A stretch of DNA of 64,000 nucleotides, taken from the NCBI GenBank assembly GCA_035471925.1, contig DATIPO010000059.1, forward strand, positions 21,003 through 85,002, in the 5' to 3' direction. The notes under the pieces were generated by a model. That model made no database searches, had not been told where the DNA came from, and saw only the letters and a program-made list of their open reading frames with translations. This document shows positions 17,723 to 27,731 of the stretch, piece by piece. Each line of letters begins with the position of its first letter. The first letter of the stretch is position 1. The position numbers and the translations under genes are program-made. The DNA is from Acidobacteriota bacterium (GTDB lineage Bacteria; Acidobacteriota; UBA6911; RPQK01; DATIPO01).

Positions 17723-19813
17723 ATGCATAGTGAGTGGCGCACACCTGCGCGGGGACCGGAAATACTGTTGGCTGAATCTTCCGATCAGAAGAAGTCCTCC
17801 AAGAAAGGCGATTCGTCTGGATCCGGGGGCGGAGGCCTGGGCGGCTTCGGCCAGGGCATGCAGTCTTGGTCGCTGATTTGGCGGATCTTGTTTGTAGCCG
17901 CCCTCATCTGGCTGCTGCTGCAGATTCCCTGGGGCGGACCGGAAGGCCGCACCATCAGCTACACGCAGTTCAAGCGCTACGTCGAGCAGGGAAGGGTGGC
18001 TGAGATCACCGTCCAAGGCGAGCAGGTGACCGGACGCCTCAAGAATTCCTGGTCGAGCCCGCCGGCCAGCAGCGAGGGCTCGCAAAGCCAGGGGGGCAGC
18101 GGGGCTTCCTCCTCGACGGCTCAGGCTCAGAGTCAGGGAGCCCAGTTTGTCACCTATCTGCCCACTTTCGGCGACGACGACCTGCTTCAGGAACTGCGCG
18201 ACCAGGGCGTCGAGATCAAGACCCGCCCCAAGGGAGAGGGCGAGAATCTGTGGATGATCATCTTCACCCTGATGCCCTTTATCTTCCTCATCGCCCTGGG
18301 TTTCTTCTTCATGCGCCGCATGCAGAGTCAGGGGCAGGGCATCTTCAACATCGGCAAGTCGCGGGCCAAGTCCTACGACCGCAGCGGCAAACGCACGAGT
18401 TTCGAGGAGGTGGCCGGATGTGAGGGCGCCAAGCAGGAATTGCAGGAGCTGATCGCCTTCCTGAAGGACCCCCAGCGCTTCCGGCGCCTGGGCGGCAAGC
18501 CTCCCACGGGCGTTTTGCTGGTCGGGCCTCCGGGAACGGGAAAAACGCTGCTGGCCCGCGCCACGGCGGGCGAAGCCGACGTCCCATTCTTCAGCCTCAC
18601 CGGTTCCGACTTCATGGAGATGTTTGTGGGCGTGGGTGCTTCGCGGGTCCGCGACCTGTTTGACCAAGCCCGCAAGAATGCCCCCTGCATCGTCTTCATC
18701 GACGAACTCGATTCCATCGGCCGCCGCCGCGGGGCCGGACTGGGCGGCGGACATGACGAGCGCGAGCAGACGCTCAATCAGCTTCTTTCCGAGATGGACG
18801 GCTTCGAGTCACATCACGGAGTCATCGTACTGGCCGCCACCAACCGTCCCGACATTCTGGACCGGGCCTTGCTGCGCCCGGGACGGTTTGACCGCCACGT
18901 GACCGTTGACATGCCCACCGCCAAAGCCCGCGAAGCCATCATCCGCGTCCACACCCGCCAGACGCCGCTGGGGGATGATGTCGACATTCAGGAGCTGGCC
19001 CGGGCCACTCCCGGCTTCAGCGGCGCCGACCTTGAGAACCTGGTCAACGAAGCGGCCCTCTTGGCGGGACGCGAGGACAAGAACGCCGTGGACCGGGACT
19101 CTTTCGAGCAGGCCCGCGACAAGGTCCTTATGGGACTTCGCCGCGAGGGCCTAACCCTGGGCAAGCGGGAGCGCCGCATCCTGGCCTACCACGAAGCCGG
19201 ACACGCCGTTGTGGCCGCCAAGCTGCCCAACGCCGATCCCGTCCACAAAGTCACCATCATCCCCCGCGGACGCGCCATGGGCGTGACCCAGCAGCTTCCC
19301 ACCGAGGACAAGTACCTCTATGACAAGGAATACCTGGTCGACCGGCTGGCCGTGATCTTGGGCGGACGCGCTTCGGAGCGCTTGATCTTCGATACGTCCA
19401 CCAGCGGGGCTGCCGACGATCTCCAGCAGGCCGCCCGCATGGCCCGCAAGATGGTGGTCGAGTGGGGAATGAGCGAACGGGTCGGCCAACTGGCCTGGGG
19501 CGGCGAGCAAGAGGAAGTCTTCCTGGGCCACGACCTCACTCAGCGCCGTCACTACAGCGAGTCCACCGCCGATGAAATCGACGACGAGATGAAGAAGATC
19601 GTCGCCTCTGCCTTCCAACGCGCCACCAACACCCTCAAAGAGAACCGCTCCGGCCTCGACAACTTGGCCAATCGCCTTCTGGAACGCGAGGAGGTCGACG
19701 GCAAGGAAGTCCTCAAGCTGGTCACCGGCGAGAACGGAGATTCAGACGCCGACAGCGAGTCCGTTGATAAAGCCAGCGTTGGCGAATCATCCGGCGGCGA
19801 CTCAGAGGAGTGA
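17723..19813 (+). CDS. ftsH: ATP-dependent zinc metalloprotease FtsH
   Basis: Walker A GPPGTGKT, Walker [12 protein letters not shown] region, and zinc site HEAGHAVVA. There are two N-terminal TM helices. The listed ORF start is TTG 17714. Confidence 0.95.
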   Translation: MHSEWRTPARGPEILLAESSDQKKSSKKGDSSGSGGGGLGGFGQGMQSWSLIWRILFVAALIWLLLQIPWGGPEGRTISYTQFKRYVEQGRVAEITVQGEQVTGRLKNSWSSPPASSEGSQSQGGSGASSSTAQAQSQGAQFVTYLPTFGDDDLLQELRDQGVEIKTRPKGEGENLWMIIFTLMPFIFLIALGFFFMRRMQSQGQGIFNIGKSRAKSYDRSGKRTSFEEVAGCEGAKQELQELIAFLKDPQRFRRLGGKPPTGVLLVGPPGTGKTLLARATAGEADVPFFSLTGSDFMEMFVGVGASRVRDLFDQARKNAPCIVFIDELDSIGRRRGAGLGGGHDEREQTLNQLLSEMDGFESHHGVIVLAATNRPDILDRALLRPGRFDRHVTVDMPTAKAREAIIRVHTRQTPLGDDVDIQELARATPGFSGADLENLVNEAALLAGREDKNAVDRDSFEQARDKVLMGLRREGLTLGKRERRILAYHEAGHAVVAAKLPNADPVHKVTIIPRGRAMGVTQQLPTEDKYLYDKEYLVDRLAVILGGRASERLIFDTSTSGAADDLQQAARMARKMVVEWGMSERVGQLAWGGEQEEVFLGHDLTQRRHYSESTADEIDDEMKKIVASAFQRATNTLKENRSGLDNLANRLLEREEVDGKEVLKLVTGENGDSDADSESVDKASVGESSGGDSEE

Positions 19814-20228
19814 CCCCATGGGTCCACCTCTGCGGGGCGGATCATCTTCATTCAAGTTGCAGGACACGAGACCCACACCGCTGTACAGGCGTATTCACGC
19901 TTCAGGAAACAATGAGGAGAAGCGAGGGCAATGGGTACTGATGTCAACAAACCAACTTGGCCAACTACGTTCGGGGAGAGGACGGGTCCGAGAAGGACGG
20001 AACGCCATGGAACTCGACCCAGGTTTACCGGCGTATCGAGGGTCAATGGCGAGTCGTCCACGTGCATTGGTCGTTTACCCGCCATCCGGCTGCCATGGAA
20101 GGGCTCATGGCGTGACTCGCGTCGTGGAGAAGGCTGAGATCGGGTGGACGACCGCTTGTCTTTGCCGTCTAAGTGTCTGGGGACAGACTCGCCGCACTGC
20201 CGGGCGAGATCTTTTCCATCCGCGGGTG

Positions 20229-20234
20229 TACAAT
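20229..20234 (+). promoter_or_regulatory. -10-like hexamer TACAAT, 7 nt upstream of ATG 20242
   Basis: TAnnnT hexamer with no Shine-Dalgarno sequence in the gap. Confidence 0.35.
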
Positions 20235-20241
20235 CGGCGGG

Positions 20242-22572
20242 ATGAGTTGGGAGATCGGGGTGTTGCTGGGGTTGTTGGCCGTGATGGCCATTCTCTTCGT
20301 GAGCGAAAAGCTCCCTGTCGACCTGACGGCAATGCTGGGACTGGTGGTTTTGATCGCCATCGGGTTCGTCCCGCCCGAAGAGGCTTTTGACGGCTTCGCC
20401 TCGCCTGCGGTCATCACCATGCTGTCGGTCTTCTTCGTCAGCGGAGCCATGCGCCAGACGGGAGTGGCTGACGCAGTGGGATCGGCCGTCCACCGGGTCA
20501 TCGGCAGCCGCGAGATACCGCTCATGGTGGCCGTCATGGTAGTTGCGGCGGCATTGTCGGCCTTTATGAATAATGTGGCCGCCTGCGCGGTGCTCTTGCC
20601 GGCGGTGGCCAGCATCTGCCGAAAGTCGCAGGTGCCCTCTTCGCGCTTGTTCCTGCCGCTGGCCTTCGCGGCTATTCTGGGCGGGACCATCACCCTGGTG
20701 GGAACGCCGCCCAATATCCTGTCGGCAGCGGTGCTGGCCGAGAGAGGATACGAGCCCTTCAGCCTCTTCGACTTCGCTCCATTAGGCCTGATCATGACGG
20801 GCGCGGGAATCGTCTTTATGGCCACACTGGGACGCTTGCTGCTGCCCGTCCGCGATCCTTTGGCCAATCTTTCAGGACGCCGCTTGGCCCGCCTCTACGA
20901 CTTGGAAGAGAAGCTCTTCTCCATCCGCATTCCCAAGGCCTCCCGCCTCAACGGCATGACGCTGCGGGAGTCCCACCTGGGGCGGACGCTGGGCGTGCAG
21001 GTCGTAGGCATCGTCCGCCGAGGCAAGAAGAACTTGACGCCCGAAGGCAACACCCTCCTGCAAGGCGATGACGTTTTGATGGTGCGCGGCGCCCCCTCCA
21101 AGGTTGAGGAGCTCTTCAACATGCTGGGAGTGGAGATCGGCACCGTCAAGTCCGGCGACCTTAAGCATGTGTCCCCTGAAGTGCGGGGAGTTCGGGCCGT
21201 GATTCCCGCTGGGTCTCCCCTTCTGGGCGAGACCATCCGGCACATGCGCTTCCGGCAGCGTTTTGAAGTGGTGGTGGCCGCGCTGCGTCGCGACGGTGAG
21301 GTGGTCGAGGACAGCCGGAGCCTGCCCCTGCGCAGGGGCGACGAGCTTTTCTTGCTGGGCTCGCGCGTTCGGCTCGAAGCACTCGCCCAGGCTCTCAAAT
21401 GGTCAGACCTGCAGGGTGGGACCGCCGGGGAGATCCTGCAGGACCTGGAGGAACACGTCTTCATGCTGCGCATTCCCTCAGGGTCGAAGCTGGCCGGACG
21501 TACTGTAGCCGAGAGCCGCATGGGTGAGCTAATCGGCCTGACGGTGGCGGGAATCGTCCGCTCGGGAGAAACGCTGCTGCCAATAGCGCCTGAAGAGCGC
21601 ATCCGCAGCGGCGACGAGTTGCTGGTCAGCGGAGATCCGCGCCGCGCCCGCACGCTGCTGGAATTGGGCGGCACCGACCTCAAGCGCGACCTCCCTCCGG
21701 CGGGGATCGAGTCCGAGGAGGTGGGAATCGCCGAGGCCATCGTGGCACCCCGTTCCGAAGTTTCGGGACGCAGCCTGTCGGAACTGCACTTTCGCGACCG
21801 CACAGGACTCAACGTCCTGGGCATTTGGCGCGAAGGTGAAGCTCTGCTCGAGCGGCTTTCCCGCATACCGCTGCGCTTTGGCGACGCCCTCCTGCTGCAA
21901 GGCCCCTGGGAGCGCATCCGCCTGCTGGCTAACAATCCCGACTACATCCTGCTCACGCCCCTGTCCTGGCAGGAGCGGCGCACGGGACGCGCCCCCTTCG
22001 CCCTGCTGGCTCTGGCGCTGATGATCGTCCTGGTGGTGACCGGATATCAGCCCGTCCATGTGGCGGCTTTCCTGGCCGCCATCGTGTGCGCCCTTTCGGG
22101 AGCCATCACCATGCAGGAGGCCTACCGGACGATCGAATGGAAAGCGATTTTCCTGATGGCCGCCATTCTGCCCATGGGAGCGGCCATGGAAACCACCGGG
22201 GCAGCCACGCTGATCTCCGGCACGGTCACCGATCTAGCAGGACCCCATGGTCCCACCGCCGTTTCGGCCGGTCTCTTCACGCTTTCCAGCCTGCTCAGCC
22301 AATCGCTCGACGGAGCGCCCACCGTGGTGCTGCTGGCCCCCGTCATCCTCCAGACCGCCGGCTCCCTGGCCATCTCGCCCCACGCCCTCATGATGGGCGC
22401 TACCTTGGCCGCTTCGGTTCTCTTCCTGACTCCCTTCAGCGGCAAGGCCAGTCTGCTGGTCATGGGTCCGGGAGGCTACCGCGTGGCCGACTTCCTGCGC
22501 GTCGGCTTCCCCCTGACGCTCATCCTGCTGGCCATTCTGGTTTTCCTGGTCCCCGTCTTCTACCCCTATTAG
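20242..22572 (+). CDS. SLC13/DASS-type permease with four internal TrkA-C (RCK_C) domains
   Basis: Polytopic N- and C-terminal halves flank four roughly 65-aa repeats of the form ...IP.GS.L.G.T..E......G..V..I.R.GE.......L..GD.L.. . ATG 20242 (MSWEIGVLLG) is preferred over the listed start at 20173. Confidence 0.85.
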   Translation: MSWEIGVLLGLLAVMAILFVSEKLPVDLTAMLGLVVLIAIGFVPPEEAFDGFASPAVITMLSVFFVSGAMRQTGVADAVGSAVHRVIGSREIPLMVAVMVVAAALSAFMNNVAACAVLLPAVASICRKSQVPSSRLFLPLAFAAILGGTITLVGTPPNILSAAVLAERGYEPFSLFDFAPLGLIMTGAGIVFMATLGRLLLPVRDPLANLSGRRLARLYDLEEKLFSIRIPKASRLNGMTLRESHLGRTLGVQVVGIVRRGKKNLTPEGNTLLQGDDVLMVRGAPSKVEELFNMLGVEIGTVKSGDLKHVSPEVRGVRAVIPAGSPLLGETIRHMRFRQRFEVVVAALRRDGEVVEDSRSLPLRRGDELFLLGSRVRLEALAQALKWSDLQGGTAGEILQDLEEHVFMLRIPSGSKLAGRTVAESRMGELIGLTVAGIVRSGETLLPIAPEERIRSGDELLVSGDPRRARTLLELGGTDLKRDLPPAGIESEEVGIAEAIVAPRSEVSGRSLSELHFRDRTGLNVLGIWREGEALLERLSRIPLRFGDALLLQGPWERIRLLANNPDYILLTPLSWQERRTGRAPFALLALALMIVLVVTGYQPVHVAAFLAAIVCALSGAITMQEAYRTIEWKAIFLMAAILPMGAAMETTGAATLISGTVTDLAGPHGPTAVSAGLFTLSSLLSQSLDGAPTVVLLAPVILQTAGSLAISPHALMMGATLAASVLFLTPFSGKASLLVMGPGGYRVADFLRVGFPLTLILLAILVFLVPVFYPY

Positions 22573-22925
22573 CGGCCCTAGGGCCCCAACCGAATCCCCA
22601 TGGTCGAAGTATAGCCGCATCCCCCCGAACCGACACCTACAGACCCTCCCGAGGGCAAAGATCGATCTACTGGACCCGTAGCCGCGGAGGGATGCAGCGC
22701 CTCGCTGCGCCACGGCCTATCGCGACAGGGCTTTGAACTCGGCCCTCCCAAGGGAATTCAAACAGTCCTGCAACGTGCGCACGGGTCCGGCGAAGCAAAA
22801 GCCCGGATTGGGCTCCAGCAAACGGGCCTGTGCGCTGTACCCTGAGCCGGATGAACTCGTTAGACAGGGCAGGTGCCATGTCGGAAAAGCAATGATGGGG
22901 ATCGCTCCGACAGGCCGTTTGGTTT

Positions 22926-23684
22926 CTACCTGTTAGTTGGCGGGAAGGTTGTCCAGGAGAGTTCCTCGACCAGTATCGCCACAATCGAGATCGGTTGGTC
23001 GGAGGACAGGTCCACGACGCCGCGAAACTCAGTTTGATCGGGGAAGAACGTGCTTTCATTGAGGAACTGGACGACCTTGCCGCGGGGTCCCAAGGGAACC
23101 TCGGTTTCTGCCACAATCTCTCCCGTTCTCAACCGCAGAGTCACGGTGACGGTGGTTTCCTGCTCGTTGGTATTCAGTATCGCCAGTCCGGTTGAACCGG
23201 CTTCTCCTCCAATCTGACCAATCGAAGTCAAGGAGTGGGCTACCGGCCCGCTTTGAACCGCTGCTGAGGCGATGGCTTCATTGGTTTGTATGACTTCATA
23301 GCGAATATTTGCCAAGACATGGACTGATTGGGAGGGGGCGACTCGAGCCCAACCCAGTTGCACGAAGGGCCCCCGTAAGGTGGTCAGAGAAGCGGATCCC
23401 CGGGGCGGCAGGTCCAGAGTCCGTACGCTGACGTCGCCTCCCGGCGGCCCGCTGATGTCGGAAAAGCGCTCCATCGGCTCTCCCTCGTCCGAGGTCAGGC
23501 TGACGGTTACTGAAACGGGTTCATCACCGGTATTGATGACAAAAATCTCAGTCCGAAAACCCCTGCCAGTGTCGCCAATTTCCTGTCCATCTACGACATG
23601 AGGAATGAACTCTTCGCTCTGAGCGAGCATAATGGCCCCGCTCAACATCAGCAGCGCACTGGTCAGAATGAGTCGGAAACTCAT
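22926..23684 (-). CDS. Secreted protein made of two copies of an uncharacterised beta-rich module
   Basis: Signal peptide MSFRLILTSALLMLSGAIMLAQS. The module is shared with the C-termini of the proteins at 29715..31868 and 39700..41406. Confidence 0.6.
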   Translation of the reverse strand: MSFRLILTSALLMLSGAIMLAQSEEFIPHVVDGQEIGDTGRGFRTEIFVINTGDEPVSVTVSLTSDEGEPMERFSDISGPPGGDVSVRTLDLPPRGSASLTTLRGPFVQLGWARVAPSQSVHVLANIRYEVIQTNEAIASAAVQSGPVAHSLTSIGQIGGEAGSTGLAILNTNEQETTVTVTLRLRTGEIVAETEVPLGPRGKVVQFLNESTFFPDQTEFRGVVDLSSDQPISIVAILVEELSWTTFPPTNR

Positions 23685-24015
23685 TGCGATCTCCTTTTAC
23701 TTCTGCCAGATCGAGGGGGACATTTGCTGGCTGGATAGTGATCTGATCCCGCCCCTCAGCCGAGATATTTGCGCCCCGGTACCCGGTAGAGCCCTTGCGC
23801 TTAGGAAGTCCCAGTTTAGTCCAACAGGGATAAGCGGTGCAGAATGCCCAAGCCCGCAATGGGTAGGTGAAGTGCGTCGGGCAGGTCACCAGAGATGAGC
23901 CACGACGGGGGTGGAGCGGAGGACTCGACCCTCGACCCGGCGGGGGCCGGTTTGCTACTCTGACGGTGATTGCACGAAGTGATGCAAGGGGCCTTAACCG
24001 GACCATCGCCGGCTT

Positions 24016-25698
24016 ATGAGCAAGCTTGATCGACAGACCACCATTGGGGCTCGGCCGACCGTCCAGCCGAGTTCGTTTACGCGGCGCCTTCTGGGCCAGG
24101 GATTTCTTCCGGCGCGGATGGTCCGACGGGGGCAGGTTTCCTATCGGGAAGAGATCCGTAGGTTGCTGCAAGCACGCCTCAAGGCCGCCGGACTCTTCCT
24201 GCTGGTGGCGCATCTGGCCTTCACCCTGCTCTCCGTGATGGTGGACTTCGAACCTCCGCTGGGATTGGCAGGGCAGATCTTCATGCTGGGGGTGTGGGTG
24301 GCGGTGACGGGATCGCTCTTCTATTGGCCTGAGCTTTCCTTGCCCCGGCTGCGCTTGTTGGAAGTGACGATTCTGGTGGTTTCGGCGCTCTATTTAGGGA
24401 CGACCAACTACATCGAGATGCAGGATTTCGCCCTCCTGCGCTCCGCGGGCGGTCCAGAGTCGTACCAAGCCCTCATCGGACGGCTGGCGCAGGTGACGTC
24501 GGTTTCCCACCTGCTGCCCTACATATGGCTGATGCTGCTCTATGGAATGCTCATTCCCAACATCTGGCAACGGGCGGCGCTGGCCTGCCTCCCGGTGGCG
24601 TTGACTCCGATCGCAGCGCGTTTGATCTTTCGCGCTGGACATCCCGAGGTCAGCGGGGTGGCTTCGATGGAAACGATCGCCCTCAATCTCTTCCTCATCA
24701 CACTGGGCTACGCCTCGGCCGTTTACGGCACCTACGTGATCAATTCGCTGCGGGTGGAAGCCTTCGAAGCCCGCCGCATGGGGCAATACGAACTGGTGGA
24801 AAAGCTGGGCTCCGGCGGCATGGGAGAAGTCTGGAAGGGACGCCACCGCATGCTGGCCCGTCCCGCGGCCATCAAGCTGATCCGCACCGACATGCTGGGG
24901 ACCCAGACACCGGAACAGGCCCATCTGGTCTTGCAGCGCTTCGAAAAAGAAGCCCAAGCCACCGCGGGGCTCAACTCGCCCCACTCCATTATGGTCTATG
25001 ACTTCGGCATCACTGAAAACGAGACCTTCTACTACGTCATGGAGCTTCTTGACGGCCTCGACTTGGAGAGCCTGGTGCGCCAGTTCGGTCCCGTGCCAAG
25101 CTCGCGGGCCCTTCACCTGCTTGTGCAGGCTTGCGAGTCGCTGGCCGACGCCCACGCTTCGGGACTCATCCACCGCGACATCAAACCCGCCAACCTCTTC
25201 ACCTGCCGCCTGGGACGCGTTTCGGACTTCGTCAAGGTGCTCGACTTCGGGTTGGTCAAAGACCGCGAATTGGGCGATGAACCCCAGATGCTGACTCAAG
25301 CCGGAGCCATCACCGGCACTCCCGCCTGCATCGCCCCCGAACAGGCGCTGGGCCAGGACATCGACCACCGCGCCGACCTCTACGGCCTGGGATGCGTGGC
25401 CTATTGGCTGGTGACAGGACGGAGCGTCTTTCAAGGCGACAGCGTCATGGCCGTGCTGGCCGATCACATCAAGACCAGTCCCGACCCGCCCTCTCAGGTT
25501 TCGGAAATGGCTGTGGCTGACGATCTCGAGTCGGTCATTCTGAGCTGTTTGGCCAAATCCCCTGAGGACCGTCCCGACAGCGCCGAAGCCTTGGCCGAAG
25601 CCCTCAAGCACTGCCGCGACTACGGGTCCTGGGAGCCGGCTAAGGCCGCCCAGTGGTGGGACCGCCACCGGGGTCGGACAGAAGAGCACGTCTCTTGA
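24016..25698 (+). CDS. Ser/Thr protein kinase with an N-terminal polytopic membrane domain
   Basis: About 6 TM helices, then GSGGMGEVWKG...AIKLI, HRDIKPANLF, DFGLVK, GTPACIAPEQ. Confidence 0.85.
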   Translation: MSKLDRQTTIGARPTVQPSSFTRRLLGQGFLPARMVRRGQVSYREEIRRLLQARLKAAGLFLLVAHLAFTLLSVMVDFEPPLGLAGQIFMLGVWVAVTGSLFYWPELSLPRLRLLEVTILVVSALYLGTTNYIEMQDFALLRSAGGPESYQALIGRLAQVTSVSHLLPYIWLMLLYGMLIPNIWQRAALACLPVALTPIAARLIFRAGHPEVSGVASMETIALNLFLITLGYASAVYGTYVINSLRVEAFEARRMGQYELVEKLGSGGMGEVWKGRHRMLARPAAIKLIRTDMLGTQTPEQAHLVLQRFEKEAQATAGLNSPHSIMVYDFGITENETFYYVMELLDGLDLESLVRQFGPVPSSRALHLLVQACESLADAHASGLIHRDIKPANLFTCRLGRVSDFVKVLDFGLVKDRELGDEPQMLTQAGAITGTPACIAPEQALGQDIDHRADLYGLGCVAYWLVTGRSVFQGDSVMAVLADHIKTSPDPPSQVSEMAVADDLESVILSCLAKSPEDRPDSAEALAEALKHCRDYGSWEPAKAAQWWDRHRGRTEEHVS

Positions 25699-25766
25699 GT
25701 CTCCGTCCTGCCTGGCCATGAACCGAACACTCCGTTAGGGATGCTCAGGTTGCTGGTGCCTGTTAG

Positions 25767-25803
25767 ACTATTCTTCAAGTTGATTTCCGTGTCTAAGAAT
25801 AGT
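25767..25803 (+). promoter_or_regulatory. Inverted repeat ACTATTCTT-N19-AAGAATAGT, overlapping a second pair TTAGAC/GTCTAA, upstream of the S8 peptidase gene
   Basis: Read directly from the sequence. It lies in an AT-richer leader about 30 nt before the GAGGAGG Shine-Dalgarno sequence. Confidence 0.4.
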
Positions 25804-25833
25804 GGCTGCCCGAAAACGAATTGAGGAGGGCTG

Positions 25834-27705
25834 ATGTCGGTTCAACTAAATCGCCGCTTCATGGAACGGCTCATTCTGGGCAACTGGGACGTCCAGCGCT
25901 TCACCCAGGACTCCCCCGTTCTGCCCGACGTGTGGGTGCGCTATGGGGAGGAGCCCGATGAGCCCCTCGACCTCATCCTGACTCCCGAGCGTGAATTCGA
26001 TTCCGGCAAGGTCGTTCAGATCCTGCGGGAGCGCTGTCGGCGGCTGCGAAACCTCGAAGCCGGGGGCGAGGAGGAAGGAGCCAACGCCGAGAGGCCGCTT
26101 AAGCCCCGCCTGGCCTACACTCAGGGACACATCGCCGCCCGCTTCTATCTGGAGCAGATGGTCCGCTTAATTCTGCCTACAACCGAGTGGTGGAAGGACC
26201 TGTTGGGTGAAGAAGGGGCAGATTGGGACTGGGAGAGAATCCAGGACATCCTAGCCGAGGGATTGCCGAGCGTCGACAACGGCGGACTCGGTCGGCAGCC
26301 GCCTGAGCTTTCCAGGGAACTCCAGCAGCAGGTCTGGACGGTGCGGCTCCTGGGAACCCTCGAATGCCGTCGACGGGAGCGTGAACCCGGGGCCGGTTTG
26401 GAGGCCAAGGACGGATTTTACCCACCCTCCCTGATCATCGGGGACTTCCGCAAGCTCATCGGGAGCGTGCCTCCAGATGTGGGTCCCCCCTTGATTCATC
26501 TCGTCAGCCGCAACCGCCCTTCCAACCTGGCGGTGGACCGTTCCTGCCTGGCCGTCAAGGCCGACGCGGCCCGGCGTCTGTTCAAGGTGGATTGCAGCAA
26601 GATCAACTGGGCCGTGATCGACAGCGGAATCGATGCCCGCCATCAGGCCTTTCTTGAGGATCCCAGCAAGGCAAAAGACAATGACACCTCGGAAGAGTAC
26701 CTGCAATGGACTCGGGTCAAGGCCACTTACGATTTTACACGCGTGCGCGACCTGCTCGATCCCGACATCCTGGAGAGCAGCAACCGTCCCGATTACCTGA
26801 CCGAGCTGCTGGAGGAAGGCGAGGATGAGCTCAGCGAGCAACTCGGCGAATTGAAGCGCCGCCTTCTCTTCGGACGTCCGGTGGACTGGAGCCTTTTGGA
26901 AGATTTCTTGCGTGTGCCGCATATCCAAGGCCAGTACAGAGAGCCCAAGAGCGAGCACGGCACCCACGTGGCCGGAATCCTGGGCGCTGCCGGAAAGATG
27001 GAGGGAGTGTGCCCCGACATCCGACTCTACGACTTGCGCGTGGTGCGGCCGGGAGGCGACAACGATGAGTTCTCCGTGTTGGCAGCCCTGCAGTTCGTGC
27101 AGCATCTCAATGAACGCAAGGACTTCTTCGCCATCCACGGAGCCAACATCAGCCTTTCCATTACTCACGCCGTTGAGAACTATGCCTGCGGACGCACTCC
27201 CGTCTGCAACGAGTGCGCCAACCTGGTCAATTCAGGCGTGGTGGTGGTGGCCGCGGCCGGCAATCAAGGCTACCTGCGCTACCGCACCGAGGAAGGCGAG
27301 TCGGTGAGCGGCTACCGCACCGTCAGCATCACCGATCCGGGAAACGCCGCCGCTGTCATCACCGTGGGGGCCACTCACCGCTCCAATCCCCACAGCTACG
27401 GCGTCAGCTTCTTCTCCAGCCGCGGACCCACAGGCGACGGACGCTGCAAACCTGACTTGGTGGCGCCTGGGGAGAAGATCAACGCCCCCGTCCCCAACGG
27501 CAAGGCCTGCAAGGACGGCACCAGCATGGCGGCTCCCCACGTCAGCGGAGCCGCAGCCATGCTCATGGCCCGCCACCGCGAATTCGTGGGACGTCCGGCT
27601 GAAATCAAGGACATCCTCTGCCGCACGGCCACCGATTTGGGACGCGAGCGCTACTTTCAGGGCGCGGGGATGTTGGACGTCTTGAGAGCTTTGCAGTCCA
27701 TCTGA
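25834..27705 (+). CDS. S8 (subtilisin-like) serine peptidase with a roughly 260-aa uncharacterised N-terminal region and no signal peptide
   Basis: Catalytic triad contexts AVIDSGIDARH (Asp), HGTHVAGILG (His) and GTSMAAPHVSGAAA (Ser). A strong Shine-Dalgarno sequence GAGGAGG precedes the start. Confidence 0.85.
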   Translation: MSVQLNRRFMERLILGNWDVQRFTQDSPVLPDVWVRYGEEPDEPLDLILTPEREFDSGKVVQILRERCRRLRNLEAGGEEEGANAERPLKPRLAYTQGHIAARFYLEQMVRLILPTTEWWKDLLGEEGADWDWERIQDILAEGLPSVDNGGLGRQPPELSRELQQQVWTVRLLGTLECRRREREPGAGLEAKDGFYPPSLIIGDFRKLIGSVPPDVGPPLIHLVSRNRPSNLAVDRSCLAVKADAARRLFKVDCSKINWAVIDSGIDARHQAFLEDPSKAKDNDTSEEYLQWTRVKATYDFTRVRDLLDPDILESSNRPDYLTELLEEGEDELSEQLGELKRRLLFGRPVDWSLLEDFLRVPHIQGQYREPKSEHGTHVAGILGAAGKMEGVCPDIRLYDLRVVRPGGDNDEFSVLAALQFVQHLNERKDFFAIHGANISLSITHAVENYACGRTPVCNECANLVNSGVVVVAAAGNQGYLRYRTEEGESVSGYRTVSITDPGNAAAVITVGATHRSNPHSYGVSFFSSRGPTGDGRCKPDLVAPGEKINAPVPNGKACKDGTSMAAPHVSGAAAMLMARHREFVGRPAEIKDILCRTATDLGRERYFQGAGMLDVLRALQSI

Positions 27706-27731
27706 CGTTGATCTTAGAAGGAGTTCAAAAA

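Noticed and set aside
19814-20241. tmRNA, RNase P RNA, or a TPP or other riboswitch in the ftsH / SLC13 intergenic region.
   Set aside because: No GGAAAGTCCGG or ACAGAACCCGGCTTA (RNase P) is present, nor a tRNA-like 3' end or tag ORF (tmRNA). GCTGAGA occurs, but the rest of the TPP consensus (ACCTGATC...GCCAGCG) is missing.
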